Source: an uncultured Chloroflexia bacterium (GTDB lineage: Bacteria; Chloroflexota; Limnocylindria; Limnocylindrales; CSP1-4). From it: a stretch of DNA of 64,000 nucleotides. Both the position numbers and the translations under genes were made by a program. Position 1 is the first letter of the stretch. The number at the start of each line of letters is the position of its first letter. Where the stretch lies: positions 64,001 through 128,000 of the forward strand of contig CAVQJC010000004.1 in the NCBI GenBank assembly GCA_963712745.1, in the 5' to 3' direction. Shown in pieces: positions 42,552 through 52,719 of this stretch. The notes below the pieces were generated by a model. That model was not told the origin of the DNA. It ran no database searches and was given only the letters and a program-made list of their open reading frames with translations.

Positions 42552-43304
42552 TCAGCCGGTGACGACTCCCGGTTCAGGAACCAGCACGTTGACGTCGCCT
42601 AATCCCAGGTGCTCGAGCTCCTCGCGCAGTTCGGCGGGCGTCCCGGCCAGGACCGGGAACGTGCCGTAGTGGATGGGAACGACCGTGGAGCAGCCGAGCA
42701 GTTCCACGGCGCGGGCCGCAGCCGGGGGATCCATGGTGAAGTGACCGCCGATGGGCAGGAAGGCCACGTCGGGCCGGTGCAGCTCACCGATCAGGCGCAT
42801 GTCGCCGAAGAGTGCGGTATCGCCCGCGTGGTACACACGCGTACCGTTCTCGAGCTCGATGACGAAGCCCACCGCTTCACCCAGATAGAGCGGGACGCCA
42901 TCGTCCGGCAGGAGGTCCCCCGCGGAGTGGTCGGCATGGACCATGCTCACGCGCACGTCACCGAGCTGCACCGATCCGCCCTTGTTCATGCCCATGACGT
43001 CCGCGCCTGTCTCCTGGGCACCGAGCCACAGACTCAACTCGTGGATGCAGGGCCAGGCCGGCCGCGTACGCCGCGCGATGGTCAGGGCATCGGCGGACGC
43101 CACCTCGCCGGGCATGGACCCGAGATGGTCGTGGTGGCCGTGCGTGACGAGCATCACGTCGCACCGATCGATGGCCTCCGGCCCCGCAGGCGAGCGGGGA
43201 TTGCCGAGCCACGGATCGATGAGGATGCGCGTCCCGGCGGCGGTCTCGAGATGGACGGCCGAATGACCGTACCAGGTGAATCGGAACCCTAGATCCTCGC
43301 TCAT
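42552..43304 (-). CDS. Metal-dependent hydrolase, MBL fold (UPF0173-like)
   Basis: WYGHS, IDPW, THGHHDH, HAGDT, PIGGHFTM, PIHYGTF. Confidence 0.9.
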   Translation of the reverse strand: MSEDLGFRFTWYGHSAVHLETAAGTRILIDPWLGNPRSPAGPEAIDRCDVMLVTHGHHDHLGSMPGEVASADALTIARRTRPAWPCIHELSLWLGAQETGADVMGMNKGGSVQLGDVRVSMVHADHSAGDLLPDDGVPLYLGEAVGFVIELENGTRVYHAGDTALFGDMRLIGELHRPDVAFLPIGGHFTMDPPAAARAVELLGCSTVVPIHYGTFPVLAGTPAELREELEHLGLGDVNVLVPEPGVVTG

Positions 43305-43387
43305 CGGTCTCCTCCGGTCGCGCTCAGGGATGACATGAGCATCCTAGCCACTCAAGACGCTGGCCTGCAGTCGCTATGCTGGCGGGC

Positions 43388-44026
43388 ATGAAGGTGCTGC
43401 GACTGACCACCGGGCCGGTGGGTACGAACGTCTGGGTCCTTGGTGATCTGCGCACACGCGAGGCCATCGCCGTCGATACGGCCACGCCGTCCGTCCGTTG
43501 GCTTACCCAGACCCTTGGCGACGAGGGCTGGAGTCTGCGATATATCGTGACCACACACAGCCATTGGGACCACATCGGCGACAACGCCGAGGCCGTCATC
43601 GCGACCGGTGCCACGCTGGCGGTCCACCGCGCGGACCGCCCGGGTCTCGAGCGGCCCGACCCCATGGCCGCCCCGTTCCCCATCCCGCCCAGCCTACCTG
43701 CCCTCGACCTGGCCGAGGGTTCGCGCATCAGGTTCGGCGATGTCGATCTCCAAGTGCTGCACACGCCGGGGCACACCGAGGGCTCGGTCTGCCTCGTCAG
43801 CCACGACGAGCGTGTGCTGCTTTCTGGCGACACCCTCTTCGCGGGCGCCTGGGGCCGGACCGACCTGCCCGGCGGGGATGCCGAGGCGATGGTCGATTCG
43901 CTCTCGCGCCTGGCGACGCTCGAGGACGGGCTGACCGTGCTGCCCGGACATGGTCCGGAAACGACGATCGGCCGCGAGCGCGCGTGGCTGCAAACGGTAG
44001 CGCAAGAGCACAAGCTGCCCTTCTAG
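43388..44026 (+). CDS. MBL-fold metallo-hydrolase (glyoxalase II-like)
   Basis: THSHWDH, HTPGHTEGS, SGDTLF, GRTDLPGG, PGHG. Confidence 0.9.
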   Translation: MKVLRLTTGPVGTNVWVLGDLRTREAIAVDTATPSVRWLTQTLGDEGWSLRYIVTTHSHWDHIGDNAEAVIATGATLAVHRADRPGLERPDPMAAPFPIPPSLPALDLAEGSRIRFGDVDLQVLHTPGHTEGSVCLVSHDERVLLSGDTLFAGAWGRTDLPGGDAEAMVDSLSRLATLEDGLTVLPGHGPETTIGRERAWLQTVAQEHKLPF

Positions 44027-44080
44027 TCAGCAGCGCAGCCGGGGCTTGGCAGCGCGGCCGCAGGCCCGTTCGGAGAGGCG

Positions 44081-45193
44081 TCAGGCGAACCGGCCCGAGG
44101 CCTCCGAGTCCAGCGAGTAGACGTGCTGGGTCCCGAACCCCTTGACCTCGACCTCGCCAAGGTCACTGCAGGCGAACTCGTCCCTGATGAGCGCCCAGGT
44201 GTCCGCGCTCAACACGATCTGCATGGGGTCGGCCAGGGTCTCCATGCGGGCGGCCATGTTCACGCCAGGCCCGAAGATGTCGTAGACGTACTTCTGCACG
44301 CCCACGACCGAGCCGATGATCGGGCCGCTGTGGAGACCGATGCGACAACGCCAGGCCTCGGGGTGGGCGGCGTTGCGCCGCTCGATGTAGCGGCGCATGC
44401 GCAGCGCCACCTTGGCCAGGTTCGCGGCATGGTCGGGGTTGGACTCGGGTAGGCCCGAGACTGCCATGTAGGCATCTCCCATCGTCTTGAGGCGCTCGCA
44501 GCCATAGAGCTCGACGATACGGTCAAAGGCACTGAAGATGTCGTTCAGCTCGGCGATGGTCGAGGTAGGGTCGTTGGCGACGGCCATGTTGGTGAAGCCG
44601 ACGAAGTCGAGCAGCAGCACACTGGCCGACTCGAAACGCTGGGGCGTGGTGGATCCGTAGTCGCGCAGCTCCTCGTACACTGCGCGCGGCATGATGTTGA
44701 GCAGGAGCTTCTCCGCACGCTCCTTCTCGCGCTGCAGGTCGCGCGCGTTCTTCTCCGCCATGCGCGAGTACGAGTCGAGCAGGTACTCCGCCTCCTTGCG
44801 CTTGCTGATGTTGCGGGCCTCGACCAGGGCCACCTCGCGGTCTTCGTGCTTGAGCCGCCGAACCTCGATCTCCGTGGTCACGGTGCGGGCGCCGCTGGTG
44901 ACATCGGTCTCCCAGCTGAAACGACGACCCTTCTCGAGCTTGCCCGTGACCGCGTCGAGGTCGAGTCCGGGCATGCGCTCGCCCAGCGGGGCATCGACGT
45001 CCGCCTCAGGCCCGAACCACTCGAAGAACAGCCCGTTCTCGTAGAGGATCGCCCAGCTCGAAGGGTCCACGATGGCGACCGCGCTGCCGATGGAGCGTAG
45101 AGCCAGGTCGGACAGCGAGATGGGCTCGGAGGACTGGGCCAGTTCGGCTGCCTGCTCGCTGGCCGTCGTGTCGACCGGCTGCTCGGTGGTCAT
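44081..45193 (-). CDS. Class III adenylate/guanylate cyclase with N-terminal PAS-like domain and coiled coil
   Basis: LLLNIMP, DFVGFT, LKTMGDAYM, RIGLHSGP, YDIFGPGVNMAARME, VKGFG. Confidence 0.92.
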   Translation of the reverse strand: MTTEQPVDTTASEQAAELAQSSEPISLSDLALRSIGSAVAIVDPSSWAILYENGLFFEWFGPEADVDAPLGERMPGLDLDAVTGKLEKGRRFSWETDVTSGARTVTTEIEVRRLKHEDREVALVEARNISKRKEAEYLLDSYSRMAEKNARDLQREKERAEKLLLNIMPRAVYEELRDYGSTTPQRFESASVLLLDFVGFTNMAVANDPTSTIAELNDIFSAFDRIVELYGCERLKTMGDAYMAVSGLPESNPDHAANLAKVALRMRRYIERRNAAHPEAWRCRIGLHSGPIIGSVVGVQKYVYDIFGPGVNMAARMETLADPMQIVLSADTWALIRDEFACSDLGEVEVKGFGTQHVYSLDSEASGRFA

Positions 45194-45549
45194 GCGGTCA
45201 CGACGAGGTGTTCGCGGATGACGATCTCGTGCATCACGGTGGCCACATCGGCCGGAGGCATGTCATGGTCCTCCATGGCTTCCTTGAGCAGGCTACTCAT
45301 GACCACGAAGGCCTCGTGTGTGATGCCCAGCCGGGCATGGACCCGCTGCAGATGATCGTCGCTGTAGGAGCCCGGGCCGCCCATCACCGTGGAGATGAAC
45401 TTCGACTGATGGTCGATCTGCCGGCGCATGTCGATGCCTGCGAAGTAGGGCGCCATGACCTCATCCTCGAGGACGTAATCGTAGAAGGTCGACACGACCT
45501 TGCGCACGGTCGCGAAGCCGCCGTTGCGCTCGAAGATCGTCTGCTGCAT
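45190..45549 (-). CDS. Group I truncated haemoglobin (2/2 globin)
   Basis: IFERNGG, VVSTFYDYVL, YFAGIDM, HQSKF, MGGPGSY, proximal His in RVHARLGI. Confidence 0.88.
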   Translation of the reverse strand: MQQTIFERNGGFATVRKVVSTFYDYVLEDEVMAPYFAGIDMRRQIDHQSKFISTVMGGPGSYSDDHLQRVHARLGITHEAFVVMSSLLKEAMEDHDMPPADVATVMHEIVIREHLVVTA

Positions 45550-45623
45550 GTTCTGACCTCGAATGGGTCCGCGGAACCGGCCAAGCCTACACGCTCCGGC
45601 CCCGCCCGCGCGATAGACGCCCA

Positions 45624-46631
45624 TCAGGGCGCGAGAGGCATGTGCCACTCGGTGGCGATGCGGTCCGCGACGAACCCGTGGCGCTCATAGAGGGTCAGGG
45701 CCTGGTTGGCGTTCTCGGTGTCTACGTCGAGTTGGGCCGAGGTCATCCCGCGCTCCCGCAGCCGGAGGAGCGCTCGGGCGAGCAACGCCGACGCGAGTCC
45801 GCGTCGGCGCCACGGCCGGCGCACGTAGACCGGGTCCAGCCAGCCGCGCAGATAGCTGTTGGACTCGTTCTCCGCAGCATGGACCTCTCCGTGCACGCCG
45901 CCAGCGATCTGGTGCCCATCGAAGGCGATGATCATCAGCGACGGTTCGGTGGTCGGGCTCTCGACCCAGGCGCGAAAGCTCTCCTCGCTGGTGTCCTCGG
46001 CGCCGAAGTGGTCGCGAAAGGCCTCGATCAAGGCGTCCCAGATCGCCCGCAGGTGTACGTCGGACACCGGCCGAACCTCCAGGCCGGCCGGCATCGGTGG
46101 GACCTCGATGTCCTCGAGCCGCCCGCGGGTCAGGTGGCGATAGAGGCGCACCTGCCGATATCCCAGGCGGCGGGCGAGGGCGATGCCTCCGCTGTCGCCG
46201 CCTCTGAGCCAGGGCACTGTCAGCAGCCTCTCACCCGCGAGATCGTGGCCGGCCGCGATGGACGTGAGCCGATCGATGTTGCGCCGCCACATGGCGGTCC
46301 CGATGCCGCGCCGCCGCCAGCTGGGATGGACGTCTCCCCACGACTGGTAGTAGCGGGCGCGGCCGTCGGGTGTGTCGGCCCAGGTCAACTGGGACCGGGC
46401 CACGAGGCGGTCGCCGATGAAGCCCAGGATCAGGTCCTGGCTGGGGTCGACGTTGGTCAGGTGGCGTGTCTCGACCCTGAGCTGTTCGGGTTCGACGCGA
46501 GTAGTGTCACCATCCGCGGCGAAGCTGACAGACATCAGTTCGGCCATCGCGGGGATGTCCGCCTCGTCACGGTACGGACGGAAGTGGAGGCCGGGAACGG
46601 CCCGGACGCGGGGCAGCAGAGGCTCAGTCAT
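45624..46631 (-). CDS. Tandem-GNAT acetyltransferase (MshD-like), paralog 1
   Basis: Two GNAT motif A copies (VHPSWRRRGIG, RRPWRRRGLA); LDVDTENANQALTLYE. Confidence 0.85.
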   Translation of the reverse strand: MTEPLLPRVRAVPGLHFRPYRDEADIPAMAELMSVSFAADGDTTRVEPEQLRVETRHLTNVDPSQDLILGFIGDRLVARSQLTWADTPDGRARYYQSWGDVHPSWRRRGIGTAMWRRNIDRLTSIAAGHDLAGERLLTVPWLRGGDSGGIALARRLGYRQVRLYRHLTRGRLEDIEVPPMPAGLEVRPVSDVHLRAIWDALIEAFRDHFGAEDTSEESFRAWVESPTTEPSLMIIAFDGHQIAGGVHGEVHAAENESNSYLRGWLDPVYVRRPWRRRGLASALLARALLRLRERGMTSAQLDVDTENANQALTLYERHGFVADRIATEWHMPLAP

Positions 46632-47646
46632 CGCCCAACGGCAGGGGTTTGTGCCACTCGGACGCCGAACGGTCGACCGCGTAGCGGTGGCGTTGGTAGA
46701 GGGTCAGGGCGTTGTTGGCGTTCTCGGAGTCGACGCCCAGCTGGGCAGAGGTCATGCCCCGATCCTTCAGCTGGCGCAGCGAGCGCCCGAGCAGGGCATA
46801 GGCCAGTCCCCGCCGGCGCCACTGGCGCCGGGTGAACACGGGGTCGGTCCATCCGCGCAGGTATCCGTTGGCCTCGTTCTCGTCGGGATCGATGGCTCCC
46901 TGGACGCCCGCCGCGATCTCATCTGCATCGAAGGCGATGACCAGCAGCTCCGGCTCCATCAGCGGGTCCTCTGCCCATCGCCGGTACGCTCCGGCGGAGA
47001 AGTCGTGTCCGCCGAAATGATCACGGAAGGCCTCGCTCGCGGCGGCCCAGATCTGCGGCAGCATGGCGCGCGTGATCGGCCGCACCTCGATGCCGTCCGG
47101 CAGCGGTGCCACCTCGATGTCCTCCATGTCCGGCCGCGTCATGTGGTGGTAGACACGCACCTTGCGGTATCCGCGCTGCCGGGCCAGCTCGATGCCGCCG
47201 GTGTTGGGATCGTCGAGCCAGGTGGTGAGCTTGCACGGCCCGGGGTACGCCTGACGGGCCGCGAGGTCTCGTAATCGCGTCTCGGCCTGGGCCATCATCG
47301 CTCGACCAAGCCCTCGGCGTCGCCAGTCCGGGTGCATGATCCCGAGGCTTCGGTAGTGGCGCTCGCCGTCGGCGGTATCGGCGTACTCGATCGACGAATA
47401 GGCCACCAGGCGGTCGCCGACGAAGGCGAGCACCATCGCCTCTCCCGGACCCACGTGCGAGGGACTGCCCAGCTCGTTCCGCATCATCTCGACGCTCCAG
47501 CGTTCGGTCTCACCGTTGGCCTCGTTGAAGGCATTGGCGACCTCGACCATGGCCGGGATGTCGGCCTCGCCGCCATAGGCACGCAAGCGGAGACCAGGGA
47601 TAGGGGGCGCATCGGGGATGTCGAGCCGGGTGCTGGTCTTGTCCAT
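46624..47646 (-). CDS. Tandem-GNAT acetyltransferase (MshD-like), paralog 2
   Basis: HPDWRRRGLG, RRQWRRRGLA, LGVDSENANNALTLY. Confidence 0.85.
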   Translation of the reverse strand: MDKTSTRLDIPDAPPIPGLRLRAYGGEADIPAMVEVANAFNEANGETERWSVEMMRNELGSPSHVGPGEAMVLAFVGDRLVAYSSIEYADTADGERHYRSLGIMHPDWRRRGLGRAMMAQAETRLRDLAARQAYPGPCKLTTWLDDPNTGGIELARQRGYRKVRVYHHMTRPDMEDIEVAPLPDGIEVRPITRAMLPQIWAAASEAFRDHFGGHDFSAGAYRRWAEDPLMEPELLVIAFDADEIAAGVQGAIDPDENEANGYLRGWTDPVFTRRQWRRRGLAYALLGRSLRQLKDRGMTSAQLGVDSENANNALTLYQRHRYAVDRSASEWHKPLPLGDD

Positions 47647-47650
47647 CGTC

Positions 47651-48757
47651 TCAGTACTTCCCACCCTTGCGCTGCTTGAGCTCCCTCTTGTGCTGCTTGA
47701 AGAACTTGCCCAGCTTGCGGTCGGCTTCGCGACGGGCGCGCGCGTCCGCACGGAGCTCCGCGCTGTACCGCTCGGCTTCGAGCTTCTGATGGCTCGACAG
47801 CCGCTCCGGCGACAGGGTACCGGCCTTCATCGCGGCTCGGACCGCGCAGCCCGGCTCGGTCTCATGGCGGCAATCGGAGAATCGACAGGCGCGAGCGAGG
47901 GTCTCGACCTCCTCGAAGGTGGCCTGCACCGACCCGCTCTCGCCGAGGATCCCGACGGTGCGGAGTCCGGGGGTATCGATGACCAGGCCACCGCCGGGCA
48001 GGACGAACAGCTCGCGGCGCGTCGTGGTGTGGCGGCCCCTGCTGTCGTCTTCGCGCAGCTCTCGAGTGACCTGGCGGTCCTCGTCCAGAAGGGCATTCGT
48101 GATGGTCGATTTACCCACCCCGGACGAGCCCAGCAGGCAGGCAGTGAGGCCGGGCGACAGGTACTCACGCAACTCCTCGAGACCGGTGCGGTCGATAGCG
48201 CTGGTGACCACGACCCGGGTGCCGGCGGCGACCGAATGCACATCGGACACGGCTCGCTGCAGGTCACGGGCGATGTCGACCTTGTTGAGCACGACCACCG
48301 GGGTCACGCCGCCGTCGAGCGCGAGTACGAGATAGCGCTCGATGCGGCGCAGGTTCAGATCGTGGTCGAGGCCCGAGACGAGGAAGGCTACGTCCACGTT
48401 GGCAGCCAGGACCTGGGGCCGGCCGTCGGAGGGACGCTGGCGCATGAAGGTGCCGCCGCGAGGCAGCACCGCACGCAGTGCCGTCTGTGGTGGGTGTTCT
48501 GACAGTGGCTCGAGGGCCAGCCAGTCACCCACCGCCGGCAGGGAGGTTCGGTCGCCCGCCTCCCGGGCGAAGCGGCGCTGGACGATGACCTCGGTGGGGC
48601 CGGGCTCGATCACGGCCAGGGTCGTGCCGCCAGTGCTGATGACCCGCCCCGGCAGCAGACCGACGGCCGCGTGGGGGGCGAAGCTCCTGGCGCGGTCCGC
48701 CGTCCAGCCCAGACTGGAGAAGGCAGGTACGACCGGGTCCATACGCTCAGTGTCCAT
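47651..48757 (-). CDS. rsgA: Ribosome small subunit-dependent GTPase A
   Basis: PAVGDW, AANVD, NKVD, GSSGVGKS, GRHTTT, DTPG, CRFSDCRHETEPGC. Confidence 0.93.
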   Translation of the reverse strand: MDTERMDPVVPAFSSLGWTADRARSFAPHAAVGLLPGRVISTGGTTLAVIEPGPTEVIVQRRFAREAGDRTSLPAVGDWLALEPLSEHPPQTALRAVLPRGGTFMRQRPSDGRPQVLAANVDVAFLVSGLDHDLNLRRIERYLVLALDGGVTPVVVLNKVDIARDLQRAVSDVHSVAAGTRVVVTSAIDRTGLEELREYLSPGLTACLLGSSGVGKSTITNALLDEDRQVTRELREDDSRGRHTTTRRELFVLPGGGLVIDTPGLRTVGILGESGSVQATFEEVETLARACRFSDCRHETEPGCAVRAAMKAGTLSPERLSSHQKLEAERYSAELRADARARREADRKLGKFFKQHKRELKQRKGGKY

Positions 48758-49005
48758 CAGCCGACCCGCTTGCACATGCCGGGCGGCTGATGGGCGAGTC
48801 GGGCAGCCAGCAGTGGCATGGTGGCCTTAGCGTATCCGCTGTGCCGCGATAGGGGCGCTCTGTGACGCCGAGGACCGGCCGAAATGTGTGGCGATGCTCG
48901 AGCCAGCCGAAGGCTGGGGCGTGGACGCCGTCCATGCCTGGGGCCAGTGGATCTGACCGCATCGTTCGGTGGCCGGGTCGAACCGATGTGGCTGATACTT
49001 GCGCC

Positions 49006-49740
49006 ATGGATGCGCCCAACGCTGCCGCGCTGCTCCAGCGCGGCGCCCTCGCCCCCGGAACGGCCGCGTTGGTCTGGCTGCTGGTCGACGGTGGCGTGCC
49101 CCTGCTGGTGGCCGGGCACTCGCCGCGAACCGAACGGGTGCAGCTGGCGGCGGCATTGCTGGCGGTCGACCCGTCCCGCAAGTGGATCGTGCTCGATGGA
49201 GATGCCGACGACATCTCCACGCATCGGTTGTCGGCCATCATGCGTGGAGGCGTGGCCCTCGGCATCACCCTGGCGGCGAGTCGTCTTGAAGATGTCATCG
49301 ACCGGTTGGAGGCAGGTGGGTTGCCCCAAGACGCGGTGCGCCGGCTAGGCGTGGTCGTCATCGCCGAGGAGACGACGGTCGGCCTGCGCTGCCGGGTCGT
49401 GCACTATCTGCGGCCGACCGAACGTGACGCACAGGGCCATGTCCAGCGCCGTCCTCCGGCCGTCCTGTCCGCCTGGGACCCGGGCGCAGACGCCCATGAA
49501 GACTTCGCGTGGGGCATCACCCCGGAGCTGGCTGACCGAGTCGACCGCTCCCAGGCGGACCTGGAGGAACGGCAGGCGGACCGCGCCCGCCTGCTCGAGG
49601 GCCTGGTCCGGAGTGTCCCGGTCGACTTCGGGGTGCGGGTCTCGGCATATCTCGCGACCGAGCCCCCGCGAGTCCCGGCTCCGAAGCATCCCCCGGCCCG
49701 ATCTTCGCCGTTCCACGGCGGCCTCACAGATCCCCACTAG
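49006..49740 (+). CDS. Hypothetical protein resembling the C-terminal half of VirB11/CpaF-type ATPases with a degenerate Walker A
   Basis: LLQRGALAPGTAALVWLLVDGGVPLLVAG precedes the usual P-loop position, but GKT is absent. Confidence 0.45.
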   Translation: MDAPNAAALLQRGALAPGTAALVWLLVDGGVPLLVAGHSPRTERVQLAAALLAVDPSRKWIVLDGDADDISTHRLSAIMRGGVALGITLAASRLEDVIDRLEAGGLPQDAVRRLGVVVIAEETTVGLRCRVVHYLRPTERDAQGHVQRRPPAVLSAWDPGADAHEDFAWGITPELADRVDRSQADLEERQADRARLLEGLVRSVPVDFGVRVSAYLATEPPRVPAPKHPPARSSPFHGGLTDPH

Positions 49741-49784
49741 CAGGCCCTGCTGCTGGTCAGGGCCCAGCCCCCGTGGGCGCCTTC

Positions 49785-50984
49785 CTAGGGGCCGGTCGGC
49801 GCCTTCAGACGGGCAACCACGCGACCGCGTGCATCGAGGAAGCGCAACTGGGCTTGGTCGCGGTCGAGCAGGACGGTCGCCCGGAGCGCAGCCAGGATGT
49901 TCTTCTCGGCCTCTGCAGCGGCACAGTCCACGTCGCCGGCGCCGCTGATGTCCGCGAAGGTGAGGAACAGCCCATCGGACACGTACGATCCCGAGATCGG
50001 GCCACACGGTCCTTCGCCGCCGGCGGTCCCGCCATCGAACCAGAGCGCCACGGGCGTCCCTGAGCCTGTGGCCCGCGACTTGGCAAGCACCCAGGTGGAA
50101 CCCTCGAGCGGCTGGGTACTGACGTACTCGAGCGTATCGCCGCTGTCAGCCGAGGTGAGGCGAAGATGGTCCGGCCTGAGCTCGACCCGCAGGGCCGTCG
50201 CGTCGAGGACGGCCACGATCGCGTCTTCCTGTGCCTGTGCCGTCTCGGAGCAGGGAGCGCCGGTGCTGTCGAGCTCGCCGAGGCTCATGACGTCGGCGTG
50301 GCGGAAGAACTCGCCAACGATGGCATTGCAGCCGCTCGAGGCGCTCAGTCGGCCCGAGCTGTAGCGTCGCGCCTCGTTCTCCTTCGCGACCCGGAAGGAC
50401 GCGACCGCCGGCAGGTCCGTCATGGCTGCGACGCGTGCTCCGCCAGTGGTGTAGGACTCCAGCCGCCACTCGGCCGCACCGAGGGCCCCGATCTCGTCGA
50501 GGCCGAATCGCAGCAGTTCCTGACCGCTCGCGTCGCGCAGCACCAGCTCGTCTTCACCAGCGCCGGGGGCTCGGCGGATCTCGTAGCTGGCAGCCTTGCG
50601 CAGGCCGTCCTGCAGGCCCAATTGGACGACGGTGGTCTGCTCGGCGCAGTCGTTCTTCTGCAGGCGCTTGAGCGAGAACGAGATGGCTGCGCCGACCTGG
50701 CCGTAGTTGCCGCGGAACGCCGTGCACCCGCCGGAGGCCTCCAGCCGGCCATCGGCGAGGGTCATACGTGCGGCAACCTCGGGACCGGGCTCGCGGTCGA
50801 TGCCTTTGTAGCGGTAGGCGCGCAGGCGCCAGGGGGTGCCCTCCAAGGGGAGCGCACCGTCCGGTCGTCGGGCCATGGGCGCGGCCCCACGCGTCCCCTC
50901 ATCGGACTGCGCTGCGGCGGTGGCCGGGAGGCCGACCAGGGCCAGGGTCACCATCAGCAGCACGAGCGTCCGTAGGGGTCGCAT
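49785..50984 (-). CDS. Secreted protein with three META (HslJ-like) domains
   Basis: Signal peptide; repeats LEGTPW...SGGC, AAEWRL...SSGCN, LEGSTW...GPC, each with a second Cys. Confidence 0.8.
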   Translation of the reverse strand: MRPLRTLVLLMVTLALVGLPATAAAQSDEGTRGAAPMARRPDGALPLEGTPWRLRAYRYKGIDREPGPEVAARMTLADGRLEASGGCTAFRGNYGQVGAAISFSLKRLQKNDCAEQTTVVQLGLQDGLRKAASYEIRRAPGAGEDELVLRDASGQELLRFGLDEIGALGAAEWRLESYTTGGARVAAMTDLPAVASFRVAKENEARRYSSGRLSASSGCNAIVGEFFRHADVMSLGELDSTGAPCSETAQAQEDAIVAVLDATALRVELRPDHLRLTSADSGDTLEYVSTQPLEGSTWVLAKSRATGSGTPVALWFDGGTAGGEGPCGPISGSYVSDGLFLTFADISGAGDVDCAAAEAEKNILAALRATVLLDRDQAQLRFLDARGRVVARLKAPTGP

Positions 50985-51154
50985 TAGGGGGCAAGTATCG
51001 GTCCCGGCCGGAAGTCACGCCAGCGTCGTACACGTTCGTGACCGCTGGACCGACTCGAGCGGGTCAACGGGCACGGGTGTGACTAGGTTGCAGGGAGTAG
51101 CATCGACACCAGAAAGCACATTTGCGTCTGCTCGACGCCCACTGGAGGTTCCAC

Positions 51155-52549
51155 ATGACCGCCCCTCGTGTCGCCGCGTCCGTCGGCGAACTCGTCTCCT
51201 GTCTCGACGGCATATGCCATCTCGAGGGCGAGCGCCTCGTCATCGACGACGTCGAGACCTTCCGCGCCTCCGGTATCAAGGACGTGGCCTGGAGCGCTAC
51301 CTTCAGCCAGGATGAGGCCGTCGTCGAGGCCGCCCGCTGGATCGTCTGGGAAGCCTCCCAGGAGCTCGGTTGCCCGTCTGCCAGCATCCACGAGCTGTAC
51401 ATGGCGCGTTCGCGCGATGAGTACAGCGGCTGGACGGAGCCGGCCATCAACCTGCGCACGCAGGTCTTCGACATGGCTGCCGCGGGCTGTCGGGCGGCGA
51501 TGAAGCTCGGCGCCGGCTCGCCCATCTGGGAACTCGCCCGCTCGGAGCAGGCCTACACGTACCAGCGTCCCGGTGAGTACATCACCAGCGTCCTCGCCGG
51601 CGCCATCCACGCCGGCTGGGAAGGTCCCATCTTCATCCAGGGTGACCACTACCAGTGGAACGCCAAGAACTACGCCCAGGACCCCGGCAAGGTCACCGGT
51701 GCGCTGCATGAAGCGACCCTCGATGCCTTGTCGGTCGGGTACGGCAACATCGACATCGACTCCTCCACGCTCGTGGACTTGTCGTTCGGCTCGCTCGACG
51801 AGCAGCAGAAGGAGAACTACACCCGCGCCGCCGAGCTGGCGGCCATCATCCGCGAGAACGAGGAGCTCGTCATCTCCATCGGCGGCGAGATCGGCGAGGT
51901 CGGCAAGGACAACTCCACGCCGGATGAGCTGCGCGCCTATCTCGATGGCTTCAACAAGGAGTTCAAGGCTCGCGCCGGCGACGACGCCATCGGCCTCTCC
52001 AAGGTCAGCGTGCAGACCGGTACCTCCCACGGTGGCGTGCCCACCGCGGATGGCAAGGTCGCCGAGGTGAAGCTCGATTTCGAGGTCCTGCGTGAACTGG
52101 GTGTCGTGGCCCGCGAATACGGTCTTGCCGGGGCGGTCCAGCACGGTGCCTCAACGTTGCCCGATGAGCTATTCCATCGCTTCCCCGAGGCCGAGACGGC
52201 CGAGATCCATCTGGCCACCGGTTTCCAGAACGCGCTTTACGAGCACCCCGCCTTCCCGGCCGAGCTGTACGCGAAGGTCGAGCAGTACTGCTTCGACAAC
52301 CTGAGCGACGAGCGTTCCGAGGGCCAGACCGACGCCCAGTTCGTGTACAAGACGCGCAAGAAGGCGCTCGGTGAGATCAAGCGCGAGCTGTGGGACCTCG
52401 AGACCAAGGACGAGATCATCGCCAGCCAGCAGGCCAAGATGAAGTACCTCTTCGAGCAGCTCGGCATCCCCGGCAACAGGGCCACCGTGGAGAAGTACAT
52501 CTCCGCCCCCGAGCGCCACAAGCCGGTCCCGGCCGCGCTGAAGGCCTAG
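51155..52549 (+). CDS. Class II fructose-bisphosphate aldolase family protein, long form
   Basis: FIQGDH, IDIDSS, GGEIGEVG, QTGTSHGG, VQHGAS. Confidence 0.82.
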   Translation: MTAPRVAASVGELVSCLDGICHLEGERLVIDDVETFRASGIKDVAWSATFSQDEAVVEAARWIVWEASQELGCPSASIHELYMARSRDEYSGWTEPAINLRTQVFDMAAAGCRAAMKLGAGSPIWELARSEQAYTYQRPGEYITSVLAGAIHAGWEGPIFIQGDHYQWNAKNYAQDPGKVTGALHEATLDALSVGYGNIDIDSSTLVDLSFGSLDEQQKENYTRAAELAAIIRENEELVISIGGEIGEVGKDNSTPDELRAYLDGFNKEFKARAGDDAIGLSKVSVQTGTSHGGVPTADGKVAEVKLDFEVLRELGVVAREYGLAGAVQHGASTLPDELFHRFPEAETAEIHLATGFQNALYEHPAFPAELYAKVEQYCFDNLSDERSEGQTDAQFVYKTRKKALGEIKRELWDLETKDEIIASQQAKMKYLFEQLGIPGNRATVEKYISAPERHKPVPAALKA

Positions 52550-52719
52550 CTCGGGATCCGGCGGTACCATAGAGAACAAGGCGCGCCCTTGCGGCGCGAC
52601 GTCGAGCAGCATCGCCGCCGGGGTCCTTCGGGGTCCCGGCGGCGACCTGTCCCCACGCCTGATGGCAGCCTTCAGGGGCGTTCACGCGTCAATCCCGACC
52701 GCGTAGGTAAGATATCCAC

